From Candidatus Sulfotelmatobacter sp. (lineage in GTDB: Bacteria; Acidobacteriota; Terriglobia; Terriglobales; Acidobacteriaceae): a stretch of DNA of 39,698 nt. The notes below the pieces were generated by a model. It worked only from the letters and a program-made list of their open reading frames with translations, was not told where the DNA came from and searched no databases. Of this stretch, positions 28,963-37,076 are shown piece by piece. The stretch lies in the NCBI GenBank assembly GCA_049583165.1, contig JBAUVJ010000310.1:1-39698 (forward strand), written 5' to 3'. Position 1 is the stretch's first letter; every line of letters starts with the position of its first letter. A program made the position numbers and the translations under genes.

Positions 28963-29412
28963 CTAGGCCGTGGTGACTTTTCCGTCCCACTCTCCGCCAG
29001 CTGGGACGGAGGCGTGCTGATGAATCAAATTCCAGTCGCCGTTTCGCCTCTCGAAGCAATCCGTTTCGCGCACTACGAGGCGTTTCGCATGGCCCGTCTT
29101 TGTCTTTAGCACGACGCTCACTCTTTGAATCGTGCAAACGAGGCCCATGTTGCTGTTCACGACGACATCCGTTTCGAGCATGTCTATCTTGCAAGACTGG
29201 AAACTGCCGAACACCCTGTCAAAAAACTTCAGCGCAGGCTGAATCCCCCGCGAGGCAAAGGGTGGGATGTCGAACCATAAGGCATCCTCGGCCCAGTGTC
29301 GCGTGCTTTGGGCTCCGGTCATAGATTCGGTCATCTCCTTGACGATAGAAACAAGCGGTTCCTTGTCCTTCCCCTTGGTATCGCTGATTGGCTTGGCTAG
29401 CGCGTTAGACAT
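28963..29412 (-). CDS. NTF2-like (DUF4440/SnoaL-like) domain protein
   Basis: 149 aa with the C-terminal pattern RETDCFERRNGDWNLIHQHASVP, typical of this fold. Confidence 0.65.
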   Translation of the reverse strand: MSNALAKPISDTKGKDKEPLVSIVKEMTESMTGAQSTRHWAEDALWFDIPPFASRGIQPALKFFDRVFGSFQSCKIDMLETDVVVNSNMGLVCTIQRVSVVLKTKTGHAKRLVVRETDCFERRNGDWNLIHQHASVPAGGEWDGKVTTA

Positions 29413-29558
29413 TTTGGCGGCCGTTCCTCCCGGGGCTCTAGTCTAGCTTGATGATGGATTTCAAGGTAGCCCACTGTCGAACTATGGAACCTAGCCGACT
29501 ACCGCATAGACTTTAAGTTCATGCGATTTCCGGCGCCTTTTCAACATGCTCCTCAATC

Positions 29559-29631
29559 TTTCGACGACTGGAAATTGGTGAACGTCCCGTCTGTCCCCAG
29601 TTTTTGTCCTGTCCCCAGTTTCCCCAGTTTT
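29559..29631. repeat. REP-like element with GTCCCCAGTTT iterated three times
   Basis: TTTCGACGACTGGAAATTGGTG + AACGTCCCGTCTGTCCCCAGTTT + TTGTCCTGTCCCCAGTTT + CCCCAGTTTT. It shares both modules with the copies at 27103-27139 and 31119-31174. Confidence 0.75.
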
Positions 29632-29643
29632 CAAAACGAAATA

Positions 29644-29661
29644 AGACGCCACTTGGCGTCT
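29644..29661 (-). terminator. rho-independent terminator of the 29694-30140 gene
   Basis: AGACGCC-ACTT-GGCGTCT stem-loop. On the minus strand it is followed by TTATTTCGTTTT, and it lies 33 nt after the stop codon. Confidence 0.6.
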
Positions 29662-29693
29662 CATCTCGCTTCTAGGTCAGAATGGATTCGTCC

Positions 29694-30140
29694 CTAGCGG
29701 CGCCCTCCGCCATGTCCACCGCCTCGATATCCGGGGAGAGCATGTTCACCACCGCCTTCATGGGGAGCGGGGCCTACGTTGCCTCGGCCATCCCGTGCCT
29801 CGTTTGCGTGGAAGTGGTTGAAGCGCTGCGCTCCGCGCTCTGGCACCGGTCCAACGTAACCGTGATGAGGATCAAAGCGGTTGTCGACATGGCCGTAAAA
29901 GCCGTGAGGACCATGAAACCACGGACCCGCTCCAAGAAACACTCCGCCGACAAACCAATCGGGTCCATAGTAGCCGTAGGGAGCGCAGTCATATGGGGTG
30001 TAGTCGAAGTATCCGTAAGGGCACACGGGAGCCACCCCGATATCTACGCCGACGGAAACCTGCGCCGGCGCCACGGATGCACAGCATAGAAGGGCAGTTG
30101 CGACAACTGCGAAAGCAAGCACATTTACTTTGAACATCAT
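29694..30140 (-). CDS. secreted Gly/His/Tyr/Pro-rich small protein, unknown function
   Basis: ATG 30140 is preceded by GGAGGA. Signal peptide MMFKVNVLAFAVVATALLCCASVAPA|QV. The mature part is rich in YGY/HG repeats (CPYGYFDYTPYDCAPYGYYGPDWF, FHGPHGFYGH, GGGHGGGRR). The ORF extension to 30419 was trimmed. Confidence 0.75.
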   Translation of the reverse strand: MMFKVNVLAFAVVATALLCCASVAPAQVSVGVDIGVAPVCPYGYFDYTPYDCAPYGYYGPDWFVGGVFLGAGPWFHGPHGFYGHVDNRFDPHHGYVGPVPERGAQRFNHFHANEARDGRGNVGPAPHEGGGEHALPGYRGGGHGGGRR

Positions 30141-30664
30141 TCCTCCACAATTCCTCAAGAGTTTCAGTCTGGACTGCTGAGCGCCATCATAATACTGTAA
30201 GGATTCGAGCCGCCATTTTTTTCCTGCTTGGACGCGTGGGGTTCCCGAATGCAAGTACCGGCGGGTGGCCCAGGGGCTGACCCCCTCTCCTGAACTTTCA
30301 CATGATGCGGCTGCCCCACCCTTTGTCCCCGCGTTCCTCAGCAGAGACAGCGTGGCCGGGCTTTTGCCCTCGCCTCCACGATCCGGGACGGGGGTGCCCG
30401 GCTCTTGCGTTCTTTGCAATGGCGGGTAAGATGCTGTCTGTGGCGTGGCACTCCAGCAGAATCAAAATAGGCGCTGCGCGCGGCATCGTGCTCACCCCAT
30501 CGGCTCCGCTCAGGGCAGGCTCATCGCCAAGAACGCGAAGAGTGGGGCCCCGCTTTCAGTGGTGCGTCCAAGAGATCGAAGGCTGGGCCAAACGCCGAGG
30601 ATAACGCGACAACGATAACCCGATCACAACGTCGAAAATGAATGCACAGTGACAAGGAGAAGTC

Positions 30665-31102
30665 ATGAACCGATTTCAGCGTCTTTGCTTGCTGGCTGGG
30701 TGCGGTATCGGCGCAGTGCTGGCGGTTGCCAAACCTCAACAGCACACGTCGATGGAGGGTGCCCGAGCCAATGCATCGCAGGCAACGATTGAGGGCTTGG
30801 TTCGCGATATCGCGTGCCCCATTCAGAACCTCGATGGGAACGCGACTCACCTCAGCATGAAGTGCGTGCTGGCATGTGTGAGGGGCGGATCGCCGCTCGT
30901 GATTCTGACCAAGGATGGTGACCTGTATCTGCCGATCTCCGACAAAATGCCGGACACCGATCAGCGGGAGAAATTGATGCCATTCGTGGGCAAGTACGTG
31001 CGGGCTAGCGGAACCGCATTTGAGCGGAAGGGGACACGCGCGATAGTAATCGCCGAGATTAAGGAAGTGAAGAGTGTGAATTTGACGATCGAGGAGAAGT
31101 AA
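30665..31102 (+). CDS. secreted hypothetical protein with four Cys
   Basis: AAGGAG RBS 5 nt upstream. Signal peptide with an AVA|K cleavage motif. 145 aa. No family recognised. Confidence 0.7.
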   Translation: MNRFQRLCLLAGCGIGAVLAVAKPQQHTSMEGARANASQATIEGLVRDIACPIQNLDGNATHLSMKCVLACVRGGSPLVILTKDGDLYLPISDKMPDTDQREKLMPFVGKYVRASGTAFERKGTRAIVIAEIKEVKSVNLTIEEK

Positions 31103-31118
31103 CCGGGGCTGCCGCGAC

Positions 31119-31174
31119 CGAGAACTGGGGACGGACGGAGCGTCCCGCAGTTTCTCGACGAATGGAGATTGGTG
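31119..31174. repeat. REP-like hairpin between convergent genes
   Basis: GAGAACTGGGGACG-GACGGAG-CGTCCCGCAGTTTCTC is an imperfect 14-bp stem built from two half-copies of the GTCCCCAGTT motif. It is followed by CGACGAATGGAGATTGGTG (compare 29562-29580). Confidence 0.7.
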
Positions 31175-31176
31175 GG

Positions 31177-32097
31177 TTATGCCCCCGGGAATCCGAACAT
31201 CAACCACGACTGATTGGCTACCCAATGCGGATATAGCTCCGTCATCTGATCGAACAGCTCCTGGTCGGACTTCGCGGTTTTCTGCAACCGATCGAAATCC
31301 TGCAGGTAACGCTTGGTGTCCTGGATCGTCGAGGGGGAGTCGGGCGCGCTTGGCTTCTTGTGGCCGGCGACAACCATCGCCGGGTTCAGCGCGGCTAAGC
31401 GGTCTAGCGCCGCGATCCAATTCCTTCGGCTCTCGGGCGTGGTGTCGCCGACGTACATGCGGCATTGGTTGTACACCACGTCGCCAGCGACGATCAGGTT
31501 GATCGATGGAACGTGCAGAGACGTCGTATCGGCGCTATCGGTGTGGCCCTGCTCGATAATGCGCAATTCGTGGCCCTCGAGAGTAAATGTGTCGCGCTCA
31601 TAGGGCTCAGGCGCAACCAACTTAGTGGGCACTTGCCCAGGAAACAACCGGCGGGCTAACCGCTGCACTGTGGGAGAGAGATAGATTTGCTGCATGGCAT
31701 TCAACGCCTTGGGCGTCGCTATCGCGCGGGCGCGCGGGAAGCGGTCGAGCAGAATGCTGAGGCCATAGAAGTGGTCGAAATGGGCGTGCGTTATGTAGAT
31801 AGTCTCCAGGTTGCGGTTGTGCAGAGCAACCCAATCCGCGAGAGCGTTGGCCTCAGCCACCGTCAGCATCGCGTCGACCAGCACCGCGTCGTACTCGCCG
31901 AAGATTAAAGTCGACGTGATCGGGTCAAAGCCCAGCGGTTCGCCGAAGGGCTTTGGCCGCTCGCCGACCATGGTCTTTCCCGGGGCGGTAAAAACGTTCA
32001 CACTCAGCGTGTTCGACCCAGGCGTGTTCGACGCGGCAGGCGCGGTCATGCGGGAGTCTCTTTCGGTGCATTTGTGCGGTGCATTTGTGCGGTCCAT
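31177..32097 (-). CDS. MBL-fold metallo-hydrolase
   Basis: HxHxDH motif (ITHAHFDHFYG) with downstream His/Asp ligands. The start is ATG 32097 or ATG 32049. Confidence 0.85.
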   Translation of the reverse strand: MDRTNAPHKCTERDSRMTAPAASNTPGSNTLSVNVFTAPGKTMVGERPKPFGEPLGFDPITSTLIFGEYDAVLVDAMLTVAEANALADWVALHNRNLETIYITHAHFDHFYGLSILLDRFPRARAIATPKALNAMQQIYLSPTVQRLARRLFPGQVPTKLVAPEPYERDTFTLEGHELRIIEQGHTDSADTTSLHVPSINLIVAGDVVYNQCRMYVGDTTPESRRNWIAALDRLAALNPAMVVAGHKKPSAPDSPSTIQDTKRYLQDFDRLQKTAKSDQELFDQMTELYPHWVANQSWLMFGFPGA

Positions 32098-32101
32098 TTG
32101 G
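32063..32101. repeat. 13-bp direct repeat x3 (CGGTGCATTTGTG, CGGTGCATTTGTG, CGGTCCATTTGGT)
   Basis: Read directly. It spans the two candidate start codons of the MBL gene and the short gap to the upstream crotonase gene. Confidence 0.8.
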
Positions 32102-32128
32102 TAGTCCTTTCGGTGTCAGAGCGAGTGA

Positions 32129-33004
32129 CTAGCGCGGGATTTGGCCCAGGTAATACCCAAGGCGATTTTCAGCATCGCCCGGCTTGTGGAAGCCACGCTC
32201 CATCAGCGCTTTGATCCCATCCTGCGCAGCAGGTCGCCCGAGCGAAGCGATGCACGCATCCCACCCAGCGCCGAGCTCGACATCCGGCGGCAGGCTGGTG
32301 TTGACGAGGCGCTTGGTGTTTGCGATCGCCCATTTGTCGAACTTGGCGATCCGGGTGGCGAGCGCCTCAACGAACGCGTCCAGATCGGCGTCGGGCAGGG
32401 CACGATTCACGTAACCGTAGGCCTCGGCCTGTTCTCCCCGGATGTCTTCTGAGCTCAAGAGCACCTCGAGGGCGCGGTTTCGACCGATGAGTTGGGGCAG
32501 CCGGGCCATGGGGCCACCGCCGGCGACCATCCCTACACCCACCTCCCATTGCGAGATGATGGTTTTTTCGCGGCTGGCGAAACTCATGTCGCAGGCCAGC
32601 GTGATCTCGCTGCCGTTGCCTGTTGCGCGGCCGCGAATGAGGGCGATGGATGCGACTGGCAGCCGGGTCAGGCGCACGAGAAAATCTGGCCAGGGCGGCA
32701 AGCCTGTGGGACCGGCCGGCATCGAGGTCAGATCCTCAAGCTTGGCCGTGAAATCGGAGTGATTCAGGAAGTAGTCGTCGACCGCGCTGTCGAAGACCAC
32801 GACCCTGACCTGCTCGTCGGCCTCGAGAGCGTCGATCAGTTCCTGGAACTGCCGGACCATTTCCGGGCCCATGACGTTGATCGGCGGGTTGTCGATCGTC
32901 ACGCGCCAATAGGCGGGCGACCGCCTAGACAGGCGAATCTGCGCGGGTTTTGTTGCGTTCATCTTCATTTCTGCGACTTTCTTAGGTGCGTTCACAGCTG
33001 TCAT
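32129..33004 (-). CDS. enoyl-CoA hydratase/isomerase (crotonase) family protein
   Basis: WRVTIDNPPINVMG, VVVFDSAV.DYF..H.D, RGRATGNGSE. ATG 33004 has GGAGGAG 6 nt upstream. The ORF is open to 33082. Confidence 0.8.
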   Translation of the reverse strand: MTAVNAPKKVAEMKMNATKPAQIRLSRRSPAYWRVTIDNPPINVMGPEMVRQFQELIDALEADEQVRVVVFDSAVDDYFLNHSDFTAKLEDLTSMPAGPTGLPPWPDFLVRLTRLPVASIALIRGRATGNGSEITLACDMSFASREKTIISQWEVGVGMVAGGGPMARLPQLIGRNRALEVLLSSEDIRGEQAEAYGYVNRALPDADLDAFVEALATRIAKFDKWAIANTKRLVNTSLPPDVELGAGWDACIASLGRPAAQDGIKALMERGFHKPGDAENRLGYYLGQIPR

Positions 33005-33256
33005 CGGATTCTCCTCCGTGTTCGTTAGTCTCGGAAAGCGGTGATTGAAGCCGAGAGTGATGGTCGGCCGTTTGTAGTTCATTCATCGCAGCAAATGCAC
33101 ACGTGGCCAGCGACAATCTCAAGAGCGCATCGAATCAGTCCGAGATTTTCCGATCGAGAGACACAAACCAACCTGCGCCATATAGCTTCCCCATTGAGCC
33201 AGAACAAAATCAACTGCGCAATTGGAGGATGGTATCGCCCGCACTTTCGCTTAAGG

Positions 33257-34345
33257 CTACGATTGACTTCGTTTAACGATGAACACGGTTTTGTCATCGA
33301 TCAAAGCTCCGTCGCCGCGCTCTCGGAGGTGGTTGTCTTGCCGGACCGCGTAATCCAGCAAAGCATTGCAAATGTCCCTGGCGGGCTTTCGATAGTGTTC
33401 GCGCAAGATCGCGCCAAGCTGATCGCCCACTTCTTCGTCGCTGCCGTCGTAAACGCCATCGGTATAGAGGACCAGAAAGTCTCCTGGGCTCATCAGCGTG
33501 ATCTCAGCGAGATCGGACGCCGTGAACTCTCTTGGCCGACTGTCGATCGAGTAGTATCTCTGGCGATCCGGGTGGTCCGCAGGGAGTTGCAAGCCGAGCG
33601 GCATGAATTGCACCATGCGCGCTTGATCGATCTTTACCAATTTCGAATATTCCGCGGAAAACACCAGGGGAGGAGGATGCCCGAAGTTGGCAAACCGAAA
33701 ATGACCGCCAGGGTGGACTTCACCATATAACATGGTCGCGATTTCGCGCGCATTCTCTTTCTCATTGATCCCCAGCGCGTTACGGGCTGTCTTCGATTGC
33801 GCCAAGCGGAGGTTGAGATTCTCGAATAGCTCGGGCGTGGTCTTTCCATATCGATCCAGCTCAGTGAGCATTAAGGCATGGAATGTGTCATGAACCGTAG
33901 ATGCGATCTTGGCTGAGATGATCCCGTGTCCTTGCGCGTCTACCACCAGAACTCCCGCAGTCGAATAAAGATCATGCAGTTTTTCCGCAACTCGCTGTTG
34001 CTCCGAACTCCTCGCGAACCGGTACCACGTTTCCATCTCGGGCCGGTACCCTGGGATTCCTTTTAACCACTGCACGTGATCGTCGACGGAATTACGCACT
34101 GCGACGCCGGAAGGAAGTGGTTCGAGGAACTCCTTTGAGAGGCGTTGGGCCTGCTGAATCCGCGCAGCAATATCGTAACGTTGTTGAAAGTTGATGTATT
34201 CATACAAGTCACCGCCAACAATTCCTGCCGGGATCGAATTACCGTACATCTCGATGCCTGGAATATTCGGAATATCACCCTCAACCGGCATCAAGCGATC
34301 ACGCAAGTATTCGTCGATGTTCGGAATCGTGTACGTCTTCGTCAT
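33257..34345 (-). CDS. PP2C/SpoIIE-family protein phosphatase with a large internal insertion
   Basis: GGDLYEY ... VVDAQGHGI.SA ... LYTDGV.D ... DDKT.FIVKR metal-binding blocks. Confidence 0.8.
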   Translation of the reverse strand: MTKTYTIPNIDEYLRDRLMPVEGDIPNIPGIEMYGNSIPAGIVGGDLYEYINFQQRYDIAARIQQAQRLSKEFLEPLPSGVAVRNSVDDHVQWLKGIPGYRPEMETWYRFARSSEQQRVAEKLHDLYSTAGVLVVDAQGHGIISAKIASTVHDTFHALMLTELDRYGKTTPELFENLNLRLAQSKTARNALGINEKENAREIATMLYGEVHPGGHFRFANFGHPPPLVFSAEYSKLVKIDQARMVQFMPLGLQLPADHPDRQRYYSIDSRPREFTASDLAEITLMSPGDFLVLYTDGVYDGSDEEVGDQLGAILREHYRKPARDICNALLDYAVRQDNHLRERGDGALIDDKTVFIVKRSQS

Positions 34346-34484
34346 AGCAAAGCCCGTGCGTAGTGGACTAAAGAATAGCGAGGAGCCAGCCCGCCGGCTA
34401 GGCGAGGTCCGATGCTGGCAGTTCTAGCCCGGTACTTTGGCGGTCAAATTTGTCGAATGCGAAAGTCAAGGTAAAATCTCGCTA

Positions 34485-35003
34485 TTAAGGTGCGTAATGC
34501 GTGAAGACAAAGTCGCGAGCTTTGATTGGCTCGTGGCAAGGGAAGCAGGTTTTGAGCTTCGTCTCGCCGGCAGGTTTACCGTCTCTGTCAAATTGAGCGA
34601 ACCCCCAGCCGCCCGTCGCCGCGTACTTTTTTGAGTCCTTGACCATAAACTGCAAGTACCACTCTGGGGCGGGCCCGGCGACAAAAGATTGGGCCCGGCC
34701 AAAGACTTTGTCGTTTTCCTCCGACGGGACGTACTTCCAGGCGATCCGGGCAATCACGGTGCCGTCCGGAAACGGAAGCTTGTCGTCACGATACGCCTTG
34801 ATCGCTACATCGTTGCCCAGAATCGCGCGAATATCGTTGAATTCCCCTTCTTCGTGAGCCACGGAGATCAATCTCCAGTCGCGGTAGCCGGGATAGATTT
34901 TGATTCCAAAGATCGGGGCGGCGTGTCCAGATGCGAGGGCCGTGAGGGCGGCAACGCCGACCACTGCTGCGGCCACAGCCAGCAACAAAGTGATCCACTT
35001 CAT
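34485..35003 (-). CDS. cytochrome P460 family protein
   Basis: ATG 35003 with GGAAGGAG RBS, signal peptide, YRDWRLISVAH, FMVKDSKKYAATGGWGFAQF, heme motif CFPCH. The upstream ORF extension was trimmed. Confidence 0.85.
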   Translation of the reverse strand: MKWITLLLAVAAAVVGVAALTALASGHAAPIFGIKIYPGYRDWRLISVAHEEGEFNDIRAILGNDVAIKAYRDDKLPFPDGTVIARIAWKYVPSEENDKVFGRAQSFVAGPAPEWYLQFMVKDSKKYAATGGWGFAQFDRDGKPAGETKLKTCFPCHEPIKARDFVFTHYAP

Positions 35004-35040
35004 AATTGTTGCTCCTTCCGAATTCCAGCGTCCCTCCCGA

Positions 35041-36096
35041 TCAGAAATGGTCGACGTCGATGACAGCTTTGGCAAAGGCCTGCGGAGCCTCCTGCGGCAG
35101 ATTGTGACCGACGCCGCCGGTGACAAGCCGGTATTCATATTTGCCGGTGAACTTTCCGCGATAGGCCGCAGCGGGCGCGTGAAGCGCACCATTCGTGTCG
35201 CCCTCCATGGTGATGGTGGGCACTGCGATCGTTGGGCCTTCGGCAAGCTTCTGTTCCAGATCGTCGTACTTCGCTTCGCCATTGGCGAAACTGAGCCGCC
35301 AACGGTAGTTGTGGATCACGATGTCGACGTGGTCGGGATTGTTGAACGACGCCGCGCTGCGTTCGAAGGTGGCGTCATCGAAGTTCCACTTCGGCGAAGA
35401 GAGTTGCCAGGTCATCTTGTTAAAGTCGTGCGTGTATTTGGCGTAGCCGGCCCGGCCGTAGTCCGTAGCGAAATAGCATTGGTACCAAAATGCGTGCTCG
35501 GCAGCCGGGGGGAGCGGCGTCTGAGCAGCTTTCCGGCTGCCGATGAGATAGCCACTGACGGAGACCAGAGCCTTGCAGCGATCGGGCCACAGAGCGGCAA
35601 TGATGGCGGCTGTGCGCGCGCCCCAATCAAAGCCGCCGAGGACGGCCTTCTGGATCTTGAGAGCGTCCATAAGAGCGATGATGTCGAGAGCGACCGCAGC
35701 TTGCTCGCCGTTGCGCATGGTTGCGCTGGAAAGAAAGCTCGTCGTGCCATAGCCGCGCAGATACGGGACGATCACCCGGTAGCCCGCCGACGCCAGCAAA
35801 GGAGCGACATCGACAAAGCTGTAAATGTCGTAGGGCCACCCATGCAGAAGGATCACCGCCGGACCCGTGGCAGGGCCGGCTTCGGCGTAGCCGACATTCA
35901 GAAGGCCGGCATCGATCTGCTTTAGTGGGCCGAACGATGTGTTCGTCCCTGGCTTAATAGAAGGCAGAGCTGTCGGGTTAAGTATCTTGGTGGACTGTGC
36001 ATGCCCAGAGCTGATCATGGCGAGCTCGGCGGCAGCCACTGTCATGGCGGCATTGCGCATAAAGCTACGGCGGTCCTTGTTGATTTCTCTAGACAT
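35041..36096 (-). CDS. alpha/beta hydrolase (epoxide-hydrolase/haloalkane-dehalogenase-like) with a Tat signal
   Basis: Twin-arginine leader DRRSFMRNAAMTVAAA...AQS, LLHGWP oxyanion motif, nucleophile elbow GGFDWGA, C-terminal GHNLPQE. Confidence 0.85.
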   Translation of the reverse strand: MSREINKDRRSFMRNAAMTVAAAELAMISSGHAQSTKILNPTALPSIKPGTNTSFGPLKQIDAGLLNVGYAEAGPATGPAVILLHGWPYDIYSFVDVAPLLASAGYRVIVPYLRGYGTTSFLSSATMRNGEQAAVALDIIALMDALKIQKAVLGGFDWGARTAAIIAALWPDRCKALVSVSGYLIGSRKAAQTPLPPAAEHAFWYQCYFATDYGRAGYAKYTHDFNKMTWQLSSPKWNFDDATFERSAASFNNPDHVDIVIHNYRWRLSFANGEAKYDDLEQKLAEGPTIAVPTITMEGDTNGALHAPAAAYRGKFTGKYEYRLVTGGVGHNLPQEAPQAFAKAVIDVDHF

Positions 36097-36284
36097 TTTA
36101 TTTCCCTTCAATTGGATTCCAAATTCGTCTTGCCTGCGTGTTCGTTCGTGAGTCCAAGCGGAGCAATTGGTTGATGGCATTGGCGATACATTGGTAACGT
36201 TCGACGAAGCGAGAGACTTTTGAAGATGTTGCGCGGCATCGCCCTAATCCGCCAGTCGAGCTGACTCTGCAATCGTAATAGCAT

Positions 36285-36890
36285 CTATTCCTTCCGCCCG
36301 ATTGAGGCCGCTTCCACACTGGCGTGCTTGTTCCACCCATGGAAAGGGGAGTAGTCGCCTGCGTTCCACGTCTCACGGAGTCCGGGTTTGCTCAGATCCC
36401 AGTCGGGGCGGATTTCGCTCGAGACGGCGCGCAGGTCGTGCCACAGATCGACGACCGACGGACGACCCCAAAACCAATAGCCGTTATAAATCCGGTAAAT
36501 CACAAGGCCCGGCTTGAGCACGAGCGTGTGCGGAATCATCGGATTGTTCTCCGGGTCGGTGTACTCCTGGATGTCGAGGTCCTTTTGAACGACGCGGCCG
36601 GGATCGGAGAGAAAGGTCCACACGGCTCCGACCGATGCTCGAAACTCCTGGAGCGTGTGATGGTCGTCAGTTGAAATTGTCGCGATCTGGGTGTACGCCA
36701 CGGCGATCTTCGGGTAAAACGCGGCGAGTTCTAAATGTTGCTGGTGCTCCTTTGGGCAGTAATGGCCGCGTGAGAGCGTAAGGATCAGTGGGTCGTCGCC
36801 CTGTAGCTCGCTGAGCTTGCGCAGCGTGCCCGTGTGATCGGGCAGCTCGTAGTCGGGAAAAACGGCTCCGGGTGCGATATCAGAACGCAT
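36285..36890 (-). CDS. redoxin/peroxiredoxin-like (AhpC/TSA family) protein
   Basis: FPDYELPDHTG....LSEL....PLILTLSRGHYCPKE, a thioredoxin-fold pattern with a single active-site Cys. Confidence 0.7.
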   Translation of the reverse strand: MRSDIAPGAVFPDYELPDHTGTLRKLSELQGDDPLILTLSRGHYCPKEHQQHLELAAFYPKIAVAYTQIATISTDDHHTLQEFRASVGAVWTFLSDPGRVVQKDLDIQEYTDPENNPMIPHTLVLKPGLVIYRIYNGYWFWGRPSVVDLWHDLRAVSSEIRPDWDLSKPGLRETWNAGDYSPFHGWNKHASVEAASIGRKE

Positions 36891-37076
36891 GGTTGAGGTC
36901 CTTCGATGGGGAACGGTGGATGTCGCTCATTTTGGTAGTTTTGTGATTTCTTGCTCCGCAGCCAGGAACCGCGCGGCAGTCTCGCCAGTTCTCGTCGCAT
37001 CGCCCAGTCCGCGCCTCATGTTGACCGTGCGCGGCTACCGCTCGGCGAAAGCCGTTGGCCAGATCACTCGCTGAGC

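Noticed and set aside
29593-29631. Possible mini CRISPR-like or tandem array (GTCCCCAGTTT x3).
   Set aside because: The units are 11 nt with spacers of 0-7 nt, far too short for CRISPR, and no cas genes are present. I interpret it as internal iteration of the REP-like element.
30302-30604. 100-aa plus-strand ORF, and the 314-aa minus-strand ORF 30521-31465, in or across the 30.1-30.7 kb spacer.
   Set aside because: The sequence looks like translated repeat debris (…CPALAFFAMAG…, …LRAGSSPRTRRVGPR…GWAKRRG) with no RBS. The minus-strand ORF runs antisense through a well-supported secreted-protein gene that has a strong RBS.
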